DNA from: Acidimicrobiales bacterium
Lineage (GTDB): Bacteria > Actinomycetota > Acidimicrobiia > Acidimicrobiales > SZUA-35
Length of the DNA stretch: 51,011 bases
Direction of reading: 5' to 3'
Assembly: GCA_024644005.1 (NCBI GenBank)
Contig: JAHELU010000004.1
Coordinates: 1-51,011 of the forward strand
This document shows positions 6,524 through 16,499 of the stretch, one piece after another. The notes under the pieces were generated by a model. That model did not search any database. It had not been told where the DNA came from and worked only from the letters and a program-made list of their open reading frames with translations. How positions within the stretch are numbered: the first letter of the stretch is position 1; the number at the start of each line of letters is the position of its first letter. Made by a program: the position numbers and the translations under genes.

Positions 6524-7777
6524 ATGATTGTGGTCGTGATCCTCCGCCAGATCGCCGTCGCCGTCGCCGTCGCTGTCGCTGTGCTCGTGGTCGTAGCGAA
6601 CTGTGGTCGAGGTGACCTGGAGGCCACGGGACCGGCGCAGGGTGGCACCTCCTCTTCCACCACCACCGCCGCCCTGACCACGGCCGCTGGAGCGACGTCG
6701 ACCCCCGGCCCGACGGCGGGCTCGACGTCGACCGACCTCGAAGCGACGACCACGACCAGCCGGCAGCGCGGCTTCACGATGGCCTTCACCGGGGATCTGC
6801 TGCTCCACAGTCGGGTGAACGCGATGGCGGCGGCCAATGCGGGCGGCCAGCCCGGGCGCGACTACGACTACCGCCCGATGCTCCAGCCCATCCGACCGCT
6901 GGTCGAGGCGGCCGACTGGGCAGTCTGCCACATGGAGGTCAACCTCTCGGCCGACGGCACTCGGTTGGAGCCGTACCCCACGTTCCGGGCTCCGGGTCAG
7001 ATCGCAGTCGACATCGCCGACATCGGCTACGACTCCTGCAGCGTGGCCTCGAACCACATCCTCGATCACGGCATCGAAGGCGTTGCCGAGACCTTACAGG
7101 TACTCGACCGAGCGGGGCTCGGGGCCACCGGAGCGGCACGATCGAGGGCCGAGGCGTCGCGCCAGATCTGGATCGAGCTCGGCGGTCTCCGTGTCGCCCA
7201 CCTCGCCTACACCTACTGGTTCAACGGGTTCACCGTCCCCGCAGACGCCTCGTGGACGTCGAACGGCATCGACGAGGACCGAATCCTGGCCGATGCCTCG
7301 GCGGCCCGTGCCGACGGTGCGGACTTCGTGGTCGTCTCGCTGCACTGGGGTGACCAGTACGACCACCGCCCCAACCGGCAGCAGCGAGAGCTCGGTCCCC
7401 GGGTCCTCTCATCGCCGGACGTCGATCTGCTGGTGGGCCACCACGCCCACGTCGTGCAGCCGATCGACAACCTCGATGGCGAGTGGTTGATCTACGGTCT
7501 CGGCAACCTCCTGTCCAACAGCCCTCAGCCCGCTCGCCGGGACGAGTTGCTGGTGCTGGTCACCGTCTCGGAGGGCCCGACCGGTGAGTTGACGTCCGAG
7601 CTGGAGGTGATCCCACTCCATCTGGATCACTCGACCCTCACGGTGCATCCCAGCAACCCGCTGACCAGGCCACCATCGACGGCGCCCGATCTCGCCGCCG
7701 ACCTCGACGCCAGCTGGGCCCGGGTCAACCGGATCCTCGACACCGGGACCGGCCGGGACGCGCTCGTCATCGGCTGA
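6524..7777 (+). CDS. CapA/PgsA family (poly-gamma-glutamate capsule biosynthesis-like) metallophosphatase-fold protein, secreted or lipoprotein
   Basis: Signal peptide ending VANC, Thr/Ser-rich linker, FTGDLLLH, CHME, ASNHILDHG, SLHWG, GHHAHV, IYGLGN. Confidence 0.88.
   Translation: MIVVVILRQIAVAVAVAVAVLVVVANCGRGDLEATGPAQGGTSSSTTTAALTTAAGATSTPGPTAGSTSTDLEATTTTSRQRGFTMAFTGDLLLHSRVNAMAAANAGGQPGRDYDYRPMLQPIRPLVEAADWAVCHMEVNLSADGTRLEPYPTFRAPGQIAVDIADIGYDSCSVASNHILDHGIEGVAETLQVLDRAGLGATGAARSRAEASRQIWIELGGLRVAHLAYTYWFNGFTVPADASWTSNGIDEDRILADASAARADGADFVVVSLHWGDQYDHRPNRQQRELGPRVLSSPDVDLLVGHHAHVVQPIDNLDGEWLIYGLGNLLSNSPQPARRDELLVLVTVSEGPTGELTSELEVIPLHLDHSTLTVHPSNPLTRPPSTAPDLAADLDASWARVNRILDTGTGRDALVIG
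6554..6583 (+). repeat. Hexamer tandem repeat (GCCGTC)3(GCTGTS)2 encoding Ala-Val runs in the CapA signal peptide
   Basis: Read directly; in-frame unit length. Confidence 0.7.
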
Positions 7778-7919
7778 GCCATGACGGGGCTCGTCGGCTG
7801 CGCCTGGCGCCGCTCGACCGACCACCGTCCCCATTCGTTCGTACGACAGGAAACGCGCGTCGAAATCGGCCATGATGACGACGGGCGATTCGAACCGGCG
7901 GCTCGAAGGATGGCGGACA

Positions 7920-8897
7920 ATGGGTCAGATGAAGGCGGTCGTCTACGACGAGTACTGCTCGCCCGACGGCTTGGAGCTGCGTGCGGTCGAGCGGCCCGTC
8001 ATCGGTGACGATGCGGTCCTGGTCCGGGTGATGGCCGCATCGGTCAACCCAGTCGACTGGCACCGTCTGACCGGCACACCGAGCATCGCCCGACTGGAGG
8101 CCGGGCTGCGGTCGCCGAAACGGCACATACCGGGATCGGACCTGGCGGGCCGGGTGGAGGCGATCGGCTCGGCGGTGGCCGGGTTCAAGCCGGGCGACGA
8201 GGTGTTCGGTACCGCCGAGGGCAGCCTCGCCGAGTACGTCGCCGTCACCGAGGACCGCATCGCCCACAAGCCGGTCAACCTGTCGATCGAGCAGGCGGCG
8301 GTGGTGCCGGTGGCAGGGCTCACCGCACTGCAGGGCCTCCGTGACTGCGCCAGGCTCGAGGCCGGCCAGAGGGTCCTGATAAACGGCGCTTCGGGCGGTG
8401 TCGGGACCTTCGCCGTCCAGATCGCAAAGGCATTCGGCGCCGAGGTGACCGGGGTCTGCAGCGGCGGCAACGTCGAGATGGTGCGGGCCATCGGCGCGGA
8501 CGACGTCGTCGACTACACCGCGACGGACTTCGAGGAGCGGGAGCAGCACTACGACGTGCTGTTCGACACGGTCGGCAACCGTCGGCTGTCGACCTGCCGA
8601 CGGACCCTGAAGCCGAAGGGGGTGTACGTCATGGTCGGTGGCCCGAGGACGAATCGCTGGTTGGGGCCCGTGGCCCGGGTCGTTGCCGGGCGACTGCTGT
8701 TCGCGCTGACCAGCGAGAAGTTCTCCACCTTCGTGGCCAAGGACGACGAGGACGATCTGCGGTTCCTGCGCGATCTGCTCGAGTCGGGGTCGGTCGTCCC
8801 GGTCATCGACCGTCGCTACGACCTGAGCGACACACAGCAAGCCTTCCAGTACTGGGAGCGGGGTCGGACGAGCGGCAAGATCCTCGTCACGGTCTGA
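7920..8897 (+). CDS. NAD(P)-dependent medium-chain dehydrogenase/reductase (quinone oxidoreductase-like)
   Basis: MKAVVYDEY, AASVNPVD, PGSDLAG, INGASGGVGTFAVQIAK, VIDRRY, GKILV; start 7920 or 7929. Confidence 0.9.
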   Translation: MGQMKAVVYDEYCSPDGLELRAVERPVIGDDAVLVRVMAASVNPVDWHRLTGTPSIARLEAGLRSPKRHIPGSDLAGRVEAIGSAVAGFKPGDEVFGTAEGSLAEYVAVTEDRIAHKPVNLSIEQAAVVPVAGLTALQGLRDCARLEAGQRVLINGASGGVGTFAVQIAKAFGAEVTGVCSGGNVEMVRAIGADDVVDYTATDFEEREQHYDVLFDTVGNRRLSTCRRTLKPKGVYVMVGGPRTNRWLGPVARVVAGRLLFALTSEKFSTFVAKDDEDDLRFLRDLLESGSVVPVIDRRYDLSDTQQAFQYWERGRTSGKILVTV

Positions 8898-9155
8898 GCG
8901 TCCGCTTCGGGCACGCCCGCAGCGGACGCCATCGAAGCCCTGGGCACAGCCTCACGACTCGGCGAGCAGCGGGCGGTCACGGGCTGGCGAGCATCCTGCC
9001 GATCCTGATGGTCGTGCCATGGCTCCAGGCGTCGAGCCGCTCACGCCGATCGAGGCGAGCGCCGACCGCTCGGCCGTGGCACCGCGGGGGCTCCGGTCGA
9101 GCTGCTGGTGCCCGCCGGTAGGGCCGGAGACGGCGCATCGGAATAGGCTGGACCC

Positions 9156-9836
9156 GTGCTCGCCCCACCGTCGCTCGGACAACGGAGTCGCGAACTGCTG
9201 CTGGGCCGTGATGTCCTGCGGGCCGCCGTGCGCCAGCCTCGGCTGCGGTCGGTCCCCCGAGGCGACGGTGGACCGGTGCTGATGATCACCGGCTTCGGCG
9301 GTACCGATGGCTCGCTGTTCCCGTTGCGGCTCTTCCTGCGTCGTCTCGGTCACGATGCCCGACCGGCCGATGTGGGGCGGGTCGGCGATGACGTCGAGGC
9401 GCTCTACCCCGAGATCGGTCGCCGCTGCCAGGCGCTGGCCGAGCAGACCGGGCGGTCGGTGGCGCTGGTGGGATGGAGCATCGGGGGCGTGCTGGCCAGG
9501 GAGGCGGCTCGCGATCATCCTCGGCTCGTCCGGCGGGTGATCACGTTCGGCACCCCGGTCGAGGGCGGGCCGAGCTACACGGCTCTGGCCGGCAGGTACA
9601 GCGCGGCCAGACTGGCCCAGATCCGATCCCGGATCGCCGAGCGGAACCAGACGCCGATAACCGTGCCGGTCACGGCGATCTGGAGCCCGAACGATGGCAT
9701 CGTCAGCCCGGCGGCCTGCGTCGATCGCGTCACGCCGGGAGTCGAGAACCTCCGGGTGTCGAGCACCCACATCGGTATGGGGATAGATCCGGACGTCTGG
9801 GCCGCCACGGCCGGCCGACTCGCCGCCGGCTCCTGA
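9156..9836 (+). CDS. Alpha/beta hydrolase (esterase/lipase family)
   Basis: ITGFGG oxyanion region, GWSIGG nucleophile elbow, NDGIV (Asp), STHIGM (His). Confidence 0.85.
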   Translation: MLAPPSLGQRSRELLLGRDVLRAAVRQPRLRSVPRGDGGPVLMITGFGGTDGSLFPLRLFLRRLGHDARPADVGRVGDDVEALYPEIGRRCQALAEQTGRSVALVGWSIGGVLAREAARDHPRLVRRVITFGTPVEGGPSYTALAGRYSAARLAQIRSRIAERNQTPITVPVTAIWSPNDGIVSPAACVDRVTPGVENLRVSSTHIGMGIDPDVWAATAGRLAAGS

Positions 9837-9846
9837 CGCCGGGCGA

Positions 9847-9872
9847 CCGGATCAGCTGTCCGGATCAGCTGT
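9847..9872. repeat. 13-bp tandem duplication CCGGATCAGCTGT x2 between convergent genes
   Basis: Read directly; the second copy contains the stop codon of the oxidoreductase gene. Confidence 0.75.
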
Positions 9873-10848
9873 CGAGACCCCGCAGCGGTAGGCCAGCCGC
9901 CTCGTAGCAGCGGTCGATCAGCTCCATCTGAGCGACCGCATCGTCCGGTCCGGTCAGCAGCGGGGCGCCGTGCTCGACCGCCGCCAGGAACGCATCGAGC
10001 TGGTAGGCATAGCTGGGACGGCGATCCACGTGCTCCACCGTTTGCTCGTCCCCGACGGTGAGCTCGATCCGGTGTCCCGACTGGGGGACCAGCGGCCCGA
10101 CCACGTGCAGTCGGCCAGCGTCGCCGACCACGGTGAAGTCGGCCCTGGTCTCGACCCCGGCCCGCATGTCACCCGAGGTGGTGGCGGCGATGCCGGAGGG
10201 AAACGTCAGCTCGGCGGCGAGATAGGTGTCGACGTGCTCCGGACCGGTCTCGGCGGTGGCCGATACCGAATCCGGTTCCTCGCCGGTGAGATGGCGGACC
10301 CACGACAGCGGGTAGCAGCCGATGTCCATGGTCACGCCCCCGCCCAGCCGGTAGATGTTGCGAATGTTGTCCGGGTCGGGAATCGCCACGTTGAACGTTG
10401 CGTCGATCGTTCGCACCGTGCCGAGGATGCCGCTGTCGACGATCTCCTTCGCCCGCTCGAACAGCGGGTGGTACCGGTAGTGGAAGGCGTCCATGAGCAC
10501 CAGACCCGTCGTCTGCGCCACCTCGGCCATCTCCCGTGCCTCCCGGGCGTTGCTGGCCAGCGACTTCTCGCAGAGCACGTGCTTGCCGGCCCGGAGGGCG
10601 TTGATGGTCCAGTCGTGGTGCATCGAGATCGGGAGGGGGACGTAGACCGCATCGATGTCAGGATCGGCGACCACGTCGTCGTAGGTCTGGTGAACCACCG
10701 GGATGTCGTGCCATCGGGCGAACTCGGCGGCCCGTTGCGGATCGCGGCTGGCCACGCAGTGGACCGATGCGGCCGGTTCGTCCCGACAGGGGGCGATCAG
10801 CGCTCGGGGCGTGATGTGGGCGGTGCTGAGCGTGCCGAAGCGGATCAT
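9865..10848 (-). CDS. Gfo/Idh/MocA family oxidoreductase
   Basis: MIRFGTLSTAHI, DAVYVPLP, GKHVLCEK, FHYRYHP, GGGVTMDIGCY. Confidence 0.9.
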   Translation of the reverse strand: MIRFGTLSTAHITPRALIAPCRDEPAASVHCVASRDPQRAAEFARWHDIPVVHQTYDDVVADPDIDAVYVPLPISMHHDWTINALRAGKHVLCEKSLASNAREAREMAEVAQTTGLVLMDAFHYRYHPLFERAKEIVDSGILGTVRTIDATFNVAIPDPDNIRNIYRLGGGVTMDIGCYPLSWVRHLTGEEPDSVSATAETGPEHVDTYLAAELTFPSGIAATTSGDMRAGVETRADFTVVGDAGRLHVVGPLVPQSGHRIELTVGDEQTVEHVDRRPSYAYQLDAFLAAVEHGAPLLTGPDDAVAQMELIDRCYEAAGLPLRGLDS

Positions 10849-10991
10849 CGGGAACACGCCGCTCCGATGGCCTCCGGACTCCACTCGCCGATGCGCGTCA
10901 TGTCGGAGACGAGGGCGTACACGGCCTCCGGTGGGGCGTCGATCTCGATCGATGCCTGTTCGAACGTGATGGCGTCGTCCGGCCGTTGCAT
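10845..10991 (-). pseudogene. Truncated SRPBCC/polyketide cyclase-like ORF (48 aa, N-terminus only)
   Basis: ASIEIDAPPEAVYALVSDMTRIGEWSPE is a typical SRPBCC N-terminus, but the ORF stops 8 codons later. Confidence 0.65.
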
Positions 10992-11131
10992 CGTGTCAGG
11001 GTAGTGCCACACGGGCGCTGACAGCACGGTGACAGCTGGGGGACAGCATGGGGACTGCACGGGGACGGCACCGGGACGGCACGGTGGCCGGAGCGCATTC
11101 GCCGGAGGCGGTGCAGCGGGGATAGAACGGG

Positions 11132-12613
11132 ATGGTGACCGACGCTGCCACCGATCAGTTCGAGGGGAAGTGGCTGGCGTTCGCGGCGATCGGGTTGGCC
11201 TTCGTCACCAATGTCCTGGCGATGAGCATGGTCTTCGTGGCCCTGCCGTCGATCGCCGACGACTTCGGGGTGACCCTGCGATCGGTGGCCTGGGTGGTCA
11301 TCGCCCAGTCGCTGACGATCAGCTCGCTCATGCTGCCGATGGGTCGGGTGGCCGACATCGTCGGTCGGCGTCGCCTGCACCTGCTCGGTCTGGTGTTGTT
11401 CGGTGTCGGCTCGGTGGCGGTGGCGGCGGCCCCGACGTTCGGCTTGCTGATCGCGGCCAGGGTGCTGATGGCCGTCGGCAACGCCATGGGTCAGTCTGTC
11501 GGCACGGCGATGGTTGTGGCGGTCTTCCCACCCGGCGAGCGAGGCAAGGCCATCGGCAGCCAAACCACGGCGGTGGCCATCGGAGCCGCCTCGGGACCCA
11601 TCGTCGGGGGACTGATCCTCCAGGTGCTTCCCTGGGAAGCGATGTTCCTGCTGTTGCTCGTCCCGATAGCGGCGGCTTTCGTCGCAGGCTCGATCATCCT
11701 GTCCGAGGAGCGGGTCAGCCCTCAGGCCGATCGCCGGGTCGTCGGCTTCGACTGGGGCGGTGCGGTGCTGTCGGCCGTGATGGTGGTCTGCCTGGTCCTC
11801 ACCATCAACAACCCGCTCGCCCTCGACTGGACCTCGCCGGTGATCCTGGGCGGGATCGTCGTGGTCGTCGCGCTCTTCGGCGCCTGGGTCCGATGGGAGC
11901 AGCGAACGCCCGATCCGATGCTGGAGATGTCGCTGTTCCGGAACCGGGCGTTCAGCGCTGCCGTCGGGGCCCGACTGGTCGGCTTCATGGGCGCAACCGC
12001 GGTGTTCTTCCTGGCCCCCGTGTTCCTGATCAGCCTCCGGTCGATGAGTGCGGCCGCCACTGGCGGGGTGCTGTTCCTGAACTCGCTCGGCATGGGAGTG
12101 GCGGCGCAGGCCTCGGGCCGGCTGTCCGACCGGTTCGGTGCCCAGCGGTTCTCGGTGGCTGGCTTCGGCCTGTTCACGGTGTCCGCATTCGGGTGGTCCG
12201 TCATCGATCGGTCGACGCCGGTGGCGCTGATCCTGCCGCTGATGCTCGTGACCGGGCTGTCGGTCGGGCTGTGGAACGTGCCGAACAACAGCACGATCAT
12301 GGGCTCGGTCCCGGCCAACCGGCACGGTGTGGTAGGGGCATTCACCAACCTGGTGCGGAACATGGGCAACGTCACCGGTCAGGCGCTGGCCTCGGCGGTC
12401 ATCGTCGGGATCATGACCTCCAAGGGCTTCGACATCCCGCTGAGCGACATCGCCGACTCCATACCGGCCGGCGATGCCTTTCTCTCGGGCTGGCGATGGA
12501 CGTTCCGTATCGCCGTCGGGCTGTCGATGGTCGGGATGTTCATGGCCGCCACCGGATCCCAACCGAGGCCCGAGCGACAACCGGTTGCCGCACGGGCCTC
12601 GACCGGTCGCTGA
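11132..12613 (+). CDS. MFS transporter, DHA2 (14-TM) drug/metabolite exporter type
   Basis: VALPSIADDF, GRVADIVGRRR (motif A), FPPGERGKAIG, GPIVGG, FDWGG, LFRNRAF. Confidence 0.9.
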   Translation: MVTDAATDQFEGKWLAFAAIGLAFVTNVLAMSMVFVALPSIADDFGVTLRSVAWVVIAQSLTISSLMLPMGRVADIVGRRRLHLLGLVLFGVGSVAVAAAPTFGLLIAARVLMAVGNAMGQSVGTAMVVAVFPPGERGKAIGSQTTAVAIGAASGPIVGGLILQVLPWEAMFLLLLVPIAAAFVAGSIILSEERVSPQADRRVVGFDWGGAVLSAVMVVCLVLTINNPLALDWTSPVILGGIVVVVALFGAWVRWEQRTPDPMLEMSLFRNRAFSAAVGARLVGFMGATAVFFLAPVFLISLRSMSAAATGGVLFLNSLGMGVAAQASGRLSDRFGAQRFSVAGFGLFTVSAFGWSVIDRSTPVALILPLMLVTGLSVGLWNVPNNSTIMGSVPANRHGVVGAFTNLVRNMGNVTGQALASAVIVGIMTSKGFDIPLSDIADSIPAGDAFLSGWRWTFRIAVGLSMVGMFMAATGSQPRPERQPVAARASTGR

Positions 12614-12651
12614 TCGTCAGCTGTTCCGCCCCGGCCCGGTCGAGCGCCGCC

Positions 12652-13575
12652 TCACCCGGTGTCAGGACTCCTCGTGGCGGCGTAACCCCGACGCATGAAG
12701 TCCCGCAGGTACTCCCGGTACACCAGCGGCCCATGACGCTTCGGATGGTCCTCGTCGACACAGCTCGCCACCGGGTCGACGATCGTGTCGACCCTGGGAT
12801 CGAAGAAGAACGGGATGGCGTAGCGGTCGACGGAGCCATCGCTGCGGACCCGGTGGCGGGTCGACAGGAACCGGTCGTTGGTCCATCGCCGCAGCATGTC
12901 ACCGGCATTCACCACGAACGACTCCGGTTCCTGGGAGACCGGCAGCCATCGGCCGGACGGGTCCTGGATCTCCAGCCCGGCCACCGGGTTCGTCGGCAAC
13001 ATCGTCATGAACCCGGCATCGGAGTGGGGGTCGATGCCCCACTGACCGTCCGCGCCCGGCACGGCCGGGTAGTGGGTCATGCGGAGGGTGGCGAGGGCCG
13101 GATCGAAGAACTGCCGGAAGTAGTCGGCCGGCATCCCGGCGGCCAGCGCATACAGCGGGAGGAGCTGCTGGCCGAGCCGGTCCATCGCCCGGTAGTAGCC
13201 GGTCACCGCCTCCCGGAAGCCGGGGAGCTGCGAGCCGTCGGGGAACCGGTTCCGCTTCGAGCCCGGCCGGGCCATGAAGAACGCGGCGTTCAGTGCCGGT
13301 AGGTCGCCCTGCCTGGCACCGCCGAGGGGCACGTAGCCCATCGTCGCCGGGCCCATGGCGTCGGCCGTCTTGGTCGCCGTCGGCAGGGCGTGGTAGCGGG
13401 CGGCCCAGCGGTAGATGTCGTCGACCTGCTCCCAGCCGATCCCGTGGCCGACGATCGACAGGAAGCCCACCTCGGTCAGGGCCGCCCTCAGCTGTTCGGC
13501 GGCCGCTCCGGTGGCGACCCGGTCGCCGCCGCGATGGCCGGTCAGGTCGATCACCGGGAGGGTGAGGACAGTCAC
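12652..13575 (-). CDS. Isopenicillin N synthase-like 2-oxoglutarate/Fe(II) dioxygenase
   Basis: LPVIDL, VGFLSIVGHGI, HSD (HxD), NAGDML..WTND..STRHRV (distal His), RYAIPFF; GTG start overlaps the upstream stop. Confidence 0.88.
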   Translation of the reverse strand: MTVLTLPVIDLTGHRGGDRVATGAAAEQLRAALTEVGFLSIVGHGIGWEQVDDIYRWAARYHALPTATKTADAMGPATMGYVPLGGARQGDLPALNAAFFMARPGSKRNRFPDGSQLPGFREAVTGYYRAMDRLGQQLLPLYALAAGMPADYFRQFFDPALATLRMTHYPAVPGADGQWGIDPHSDAGFMTMLPTNPVAGLEIQDPSGRWLPVSQEPESFVVNAGDMLRRWTNDRFLSTRHRVRSDGSVDRYAIPFFFDPRVDTIVDPVASCVDEDHPKRHGPLVYREYLRDFMRRGYAATRSPDTG

Positions 13576-15125
13576 GGCGAGCCCCGATCGAGCCGCTCGA
13601 CCAGCTCGAGCTTCTGGACCTTGCCCATCGGGTTCCGGGGCAGCTCGGTGACGACCACCACCTGTTTCGGGCACTTGTAGCCGGCCAGGCGGTGGCGGCA
13701 GTGGTCGACGATCTGGTCAGGCTCCAGCGACCGTCCCGGCTTCGCCACCACGACAGCGGTGACCCGCTCGCCCCAGGTCTCGTCGGCCAGACCGACCACG
13801 GCGGCCTCGGCGATCGCATCGTGCTCGACGAGGACGCGCTCCACCTCGGCGCAGTACACGTTCTCCCCGCCGGAGATGATCATGTCCTTCACCCGGTCCA
13901 CGATGGTCAGCCGCCCGTCGGGCAGACGGATCCCGATGTCGCCGGAACGGCAGAACCCGTCGTCCGTCAGCGCCGCGGCAGTCGCCGCCGGGTTGCCGAG
14001 GTAGCGGCCGAACGGCGTGAGCGAGCGGGCCACCACTTCACCGGGGGCACCGGTGGGACAGGACCGGCCCTGCTCGTCTCGCACGTCGATCTCGGTACCC
14101 AGCACCGGCCAGCCGACCGAATGGGGGACGAGGTCCGATCGCTGCTTGACCTCGTACGTCACCCAGCCGCCCTCCGTCCAGCCGTAGGCCTCGGTGATGT
14201 TGGCCCTGGGGAAGACGTCGAAGGCCCGGTCGAGCAGCGACATCGGGCCGGGAGCACCCGACGACAGCAGCCACTCCAGCGCATCGAGCGGTGGCTTGCC
14301 GGCTGCCTCCCACGCCTCGGCCACCATGGCGGTCATCGACGGCACGAGGAACACCCAGGTGGCGTTGCGGGCGTACTCGTCGAGCGCCATCTCTGCGTCG
14401 AAGTCGACGAGCAACCGGTTCCGGCCTCCGGCGGCGAGATGGGCCAGGCTGAGGCCGCCGTACGACATGTGGAACACCGGTCCCGGCGTCGACAGCACCT
14501 GGCCGGGGCTCAGGCCGAACGTCCACGCCCACTGGGCGAACCTGGTCAGCAGCCCGCCGTTGGTCACCGTCGACCCCTTGGGGAAGCCGGTGGTCCCACT
14601 GGTGTAGGCGACGAGGGCCAGTCGGTCCGCCGCCTCGGGCCCCGACGGGCCCTCCCAGCGCGATCCGGCGCCGTCGCCGAGCGGGGTGACCGTTGCGACG
14701 TCGACGACGGTGGCCCCCGCCGCCCCGGCCGCCTGCGAGGCGGTCGCCGCCATCGACCCGCCCGTCACGATCACCTCGGCCTCGCTGTCCGAGAGGACGA
14801 ACTGGACCTCGGGGGCGGCCAGGCGGTTGTTGATCGGCACCGCCGCCGCGCCGATGCGCTGGCAGGCCAGGTAGGCGGCCAGGTGATCGACCGAGTTCGG
14901 CAACAGGATGGCCACCATCGGGCCGTCCGAGCCCGGTGGCAGGGGACCGAGCGCGGACGACAACGCGTCCGCCAGGGTCTCCACCCGGCTCCAGACGCGG
15001 CCATAGGTCCACGTCTCGACCGGGGCCGAGCGGTCCCTGGGGGAGAGCACCTCCACCGCCACCCGATCGGGAGCCGAGCGGGCGACGGCGGCGACGCAGT
15101 CTGCCACCGTCCACCCCGGGTTCAT
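13572..15125 (-). CDS. Class I adenylate-forming enzyme (acyl/aryl-CoA ligase-like)
   Basis: YTSGTTGFPKG, YGWTEG, SGDIG, DRVKDMIISGGENVY, NPMGKV. Confidence 0.92.
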   Translation of the reverse strand: MNPGWTVADCVAAVARSAPDRVAVEVLSPRDRSAPVETWTYGRVWSRVETLADALSSALGPLPPGSDGPMVAILLPNSVDHLAAYLACQRIGAAAVPINNRLAAPEVQFVLSDSEAEVIVTGGSMAATASQAAGAAGATVVDVATVTPLGDGAGSRWEGPSGPEAADRLALVAYTSGTTGFPKGSTVTNGGLLTRFAQWAWTFGLSPGQVLSTPGPVFHMSYGGLSLAHLAAGGRNRLLVDFDAEMALDEYARNATWVFLVPSMTAMVAEAWEAAGKPPLDALEWLLSSGAPGPMSLLDRAFDVFPRANITEAYGWTEGGWVTYEVKQRSDLVPHSVGWPVLGTEIDVRDEQGRSCPTGAPGEVVARSLTPFGRYLGNPAATAAALTDDGFCRSGDIGIRLPDGRLTIVDRVKDMIISGGENVYCAEVERVLVEHDAIAEAAVVGLADETWGERVTAVVVAKPGRSLEPDQIVDHCRHRLAGYKCPKQVVVVTELPRNPMGKVQKLELVERLDRGSP

Positions 15126-16405
15126 CGGGCGGCCTTCCCCGCTCGACCGATGACAACGGACGCGTTCTGGCCGCCGAAGCCGAACGAGTTGACCTGGAAC
15201 GTGTCGATCGCAACGGGACGCGGCTCACCGAGCGCGACATCGAAGGCGATCTCGGGGTCGAGCACCGTGGTGCCCGCCACGTTGACCAGCCGACCCGATT
15301 CCATGGCCCGGATGCCGGCCATGATGCTCATGGCCCCGGACGATGCGCCGGTGTGGCCGGTATGACCCTTGATGCCGGTCACCACCAGGCCGTCGTTGCC
15401 GGTGAACACCCGGTTGATGGCCCGTATCTCGGCTGTATCGCCCTTCGGGGTGCCGGTGGCGTGGGCCACGACGGCGTCGATGTCGCCGGGGCCGACCCCG
15501 GCCGCGGCCTGGGCCTGCTCCATCACCAGCTCCTCCCACCGGCCGTCGGGTTCCGGCGAGCTGGGGTGGTGGGCATCGGCCAGCGAGCCGTAGCCCTCGA
15601 GCCAGGCCAGCACCGTCGCCCCTCTGGCCAGGGCGTGATCGGCCGTCTCGAGCACGAAGAAGGCAGAGCCCTCGCCGGACACGATGCCGACCCGGTCTGC
15701 GGCGAAGGGCAGCATGGCCCTGGCCGGATCGTGCTGTCCGGTGCTCATTCCGTAGCTCTGCTCGGCCACGTTCACGGCGGCCCGGAAGTGGCTGCGGCCG
15801 GGATCGCAGGTGTAGCCCCCCTCGGTCGCTCCGACGAGGGCGATGTCGGCCGATCCCGCCCGCAGGTGGAGTGCCGCGGTGCCGAGGGCGTCGAGCGAGG
15901 ACGCGCAGGCCGTGGTCACGGTGATCGATGGGCCATGGAGGCCGTTGGCCATGCAGATCTGGGCCGCCGCCATGTTCGGCCAGATCGTGATCTGCGTCTT
16001 GGGGTCGATGGCGGCAGCGCCGCCGCGGTCGTAATCCCACTGGGCCCTGGCCACCGAGAACAGACCGCCCATCGAGGTCCCGTGGACCACCGCGGTGCGG
16101 ACCGGGTCGAGCCCATCCGGCCCGAGCCCGGCATGGGCGACCGCCTGGTTGCAGGCCGCGACGGCGAAGCGGGCGAACCCGTCCGTGCCGGCCACGACCC
16201 GGTCGTCCATCCACGCATTGGGATCGAAGCCGTCGGCCACCGCGCCGTACAGCCCGCCGCCGAGCTCGTCGGCCCACGGGGCGGGGCGAATGCCGATCCG
16301 GCCGGCCAGCAGCCCATCGCAGAGCTCGTCGGCCGACAGCCCGATCGGTGAGACCGCCCCCAGTCCCGTTATGGCCAGTCCCCGATCCGCAGCGGCCCGA
16401 TCCAC
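15122..16405 (-). CDS. Beta-ketoacyl-ACP synthase (FabF/KAS II-like)
   Basis: ITGLGAVSPIG, TACASS (Cys), HATGTPKGD (His), KGHTGH (His), NSFGFGGQNA. Confidence 0.9.
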   Translation of the reverse strand: MDRAAADRGLAITGLGAVSPIGLSADELCDGLLAGRIGIRPAPWADELGGGLYGAVADGFDPNAWMDDRVVAGTDGFARFAVAACNQAVAHAGLGPDGLDPVRTAVVHGTSMGGLFSVARAQWDYDRGGAAAIDPKTQITIWPNMAAAQICMANGLHGPSITVTTACASSLDALGTAALHLRAGSADIALVGATEGGYTCDPGRSHFRAAVNVAEQSYGMSTGQHDPARAMLPFAADRVGIVSGEGSAFFVLETADHALARGATVLAWLEGYGSLADAHHPSSPEPDGRWEELVMEQAQAAAGVGPGDIDAVVAHATGTPKGDTAEIRAINRVFTGNDGLVVTGIKGHTGHTGASSGAMSIMAGIRAMESGRLVNVAGTTVLDPEIAFDVALGEPRPVAIDTFQVNSFGFGGQNASVVIGRAGKAAR

Positions 16406-16499
16406 CGTCGGTTCCCCCTGTCCTCGCTGGCCCGGAGCCTAGCAAAGGGCCAACCGCCGGCCCGAAACGGCCGAGCGACGGCCCGACCCGCTCGATGGC

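Noticed and set aside
11029-13302. 757-aa plus-strand ORF, and similar long overlapping ORFs such as 22791-25076 and 37759-39822
   Set aside because: Alternative-frame artefacts overlapping genes with clear family motifs.
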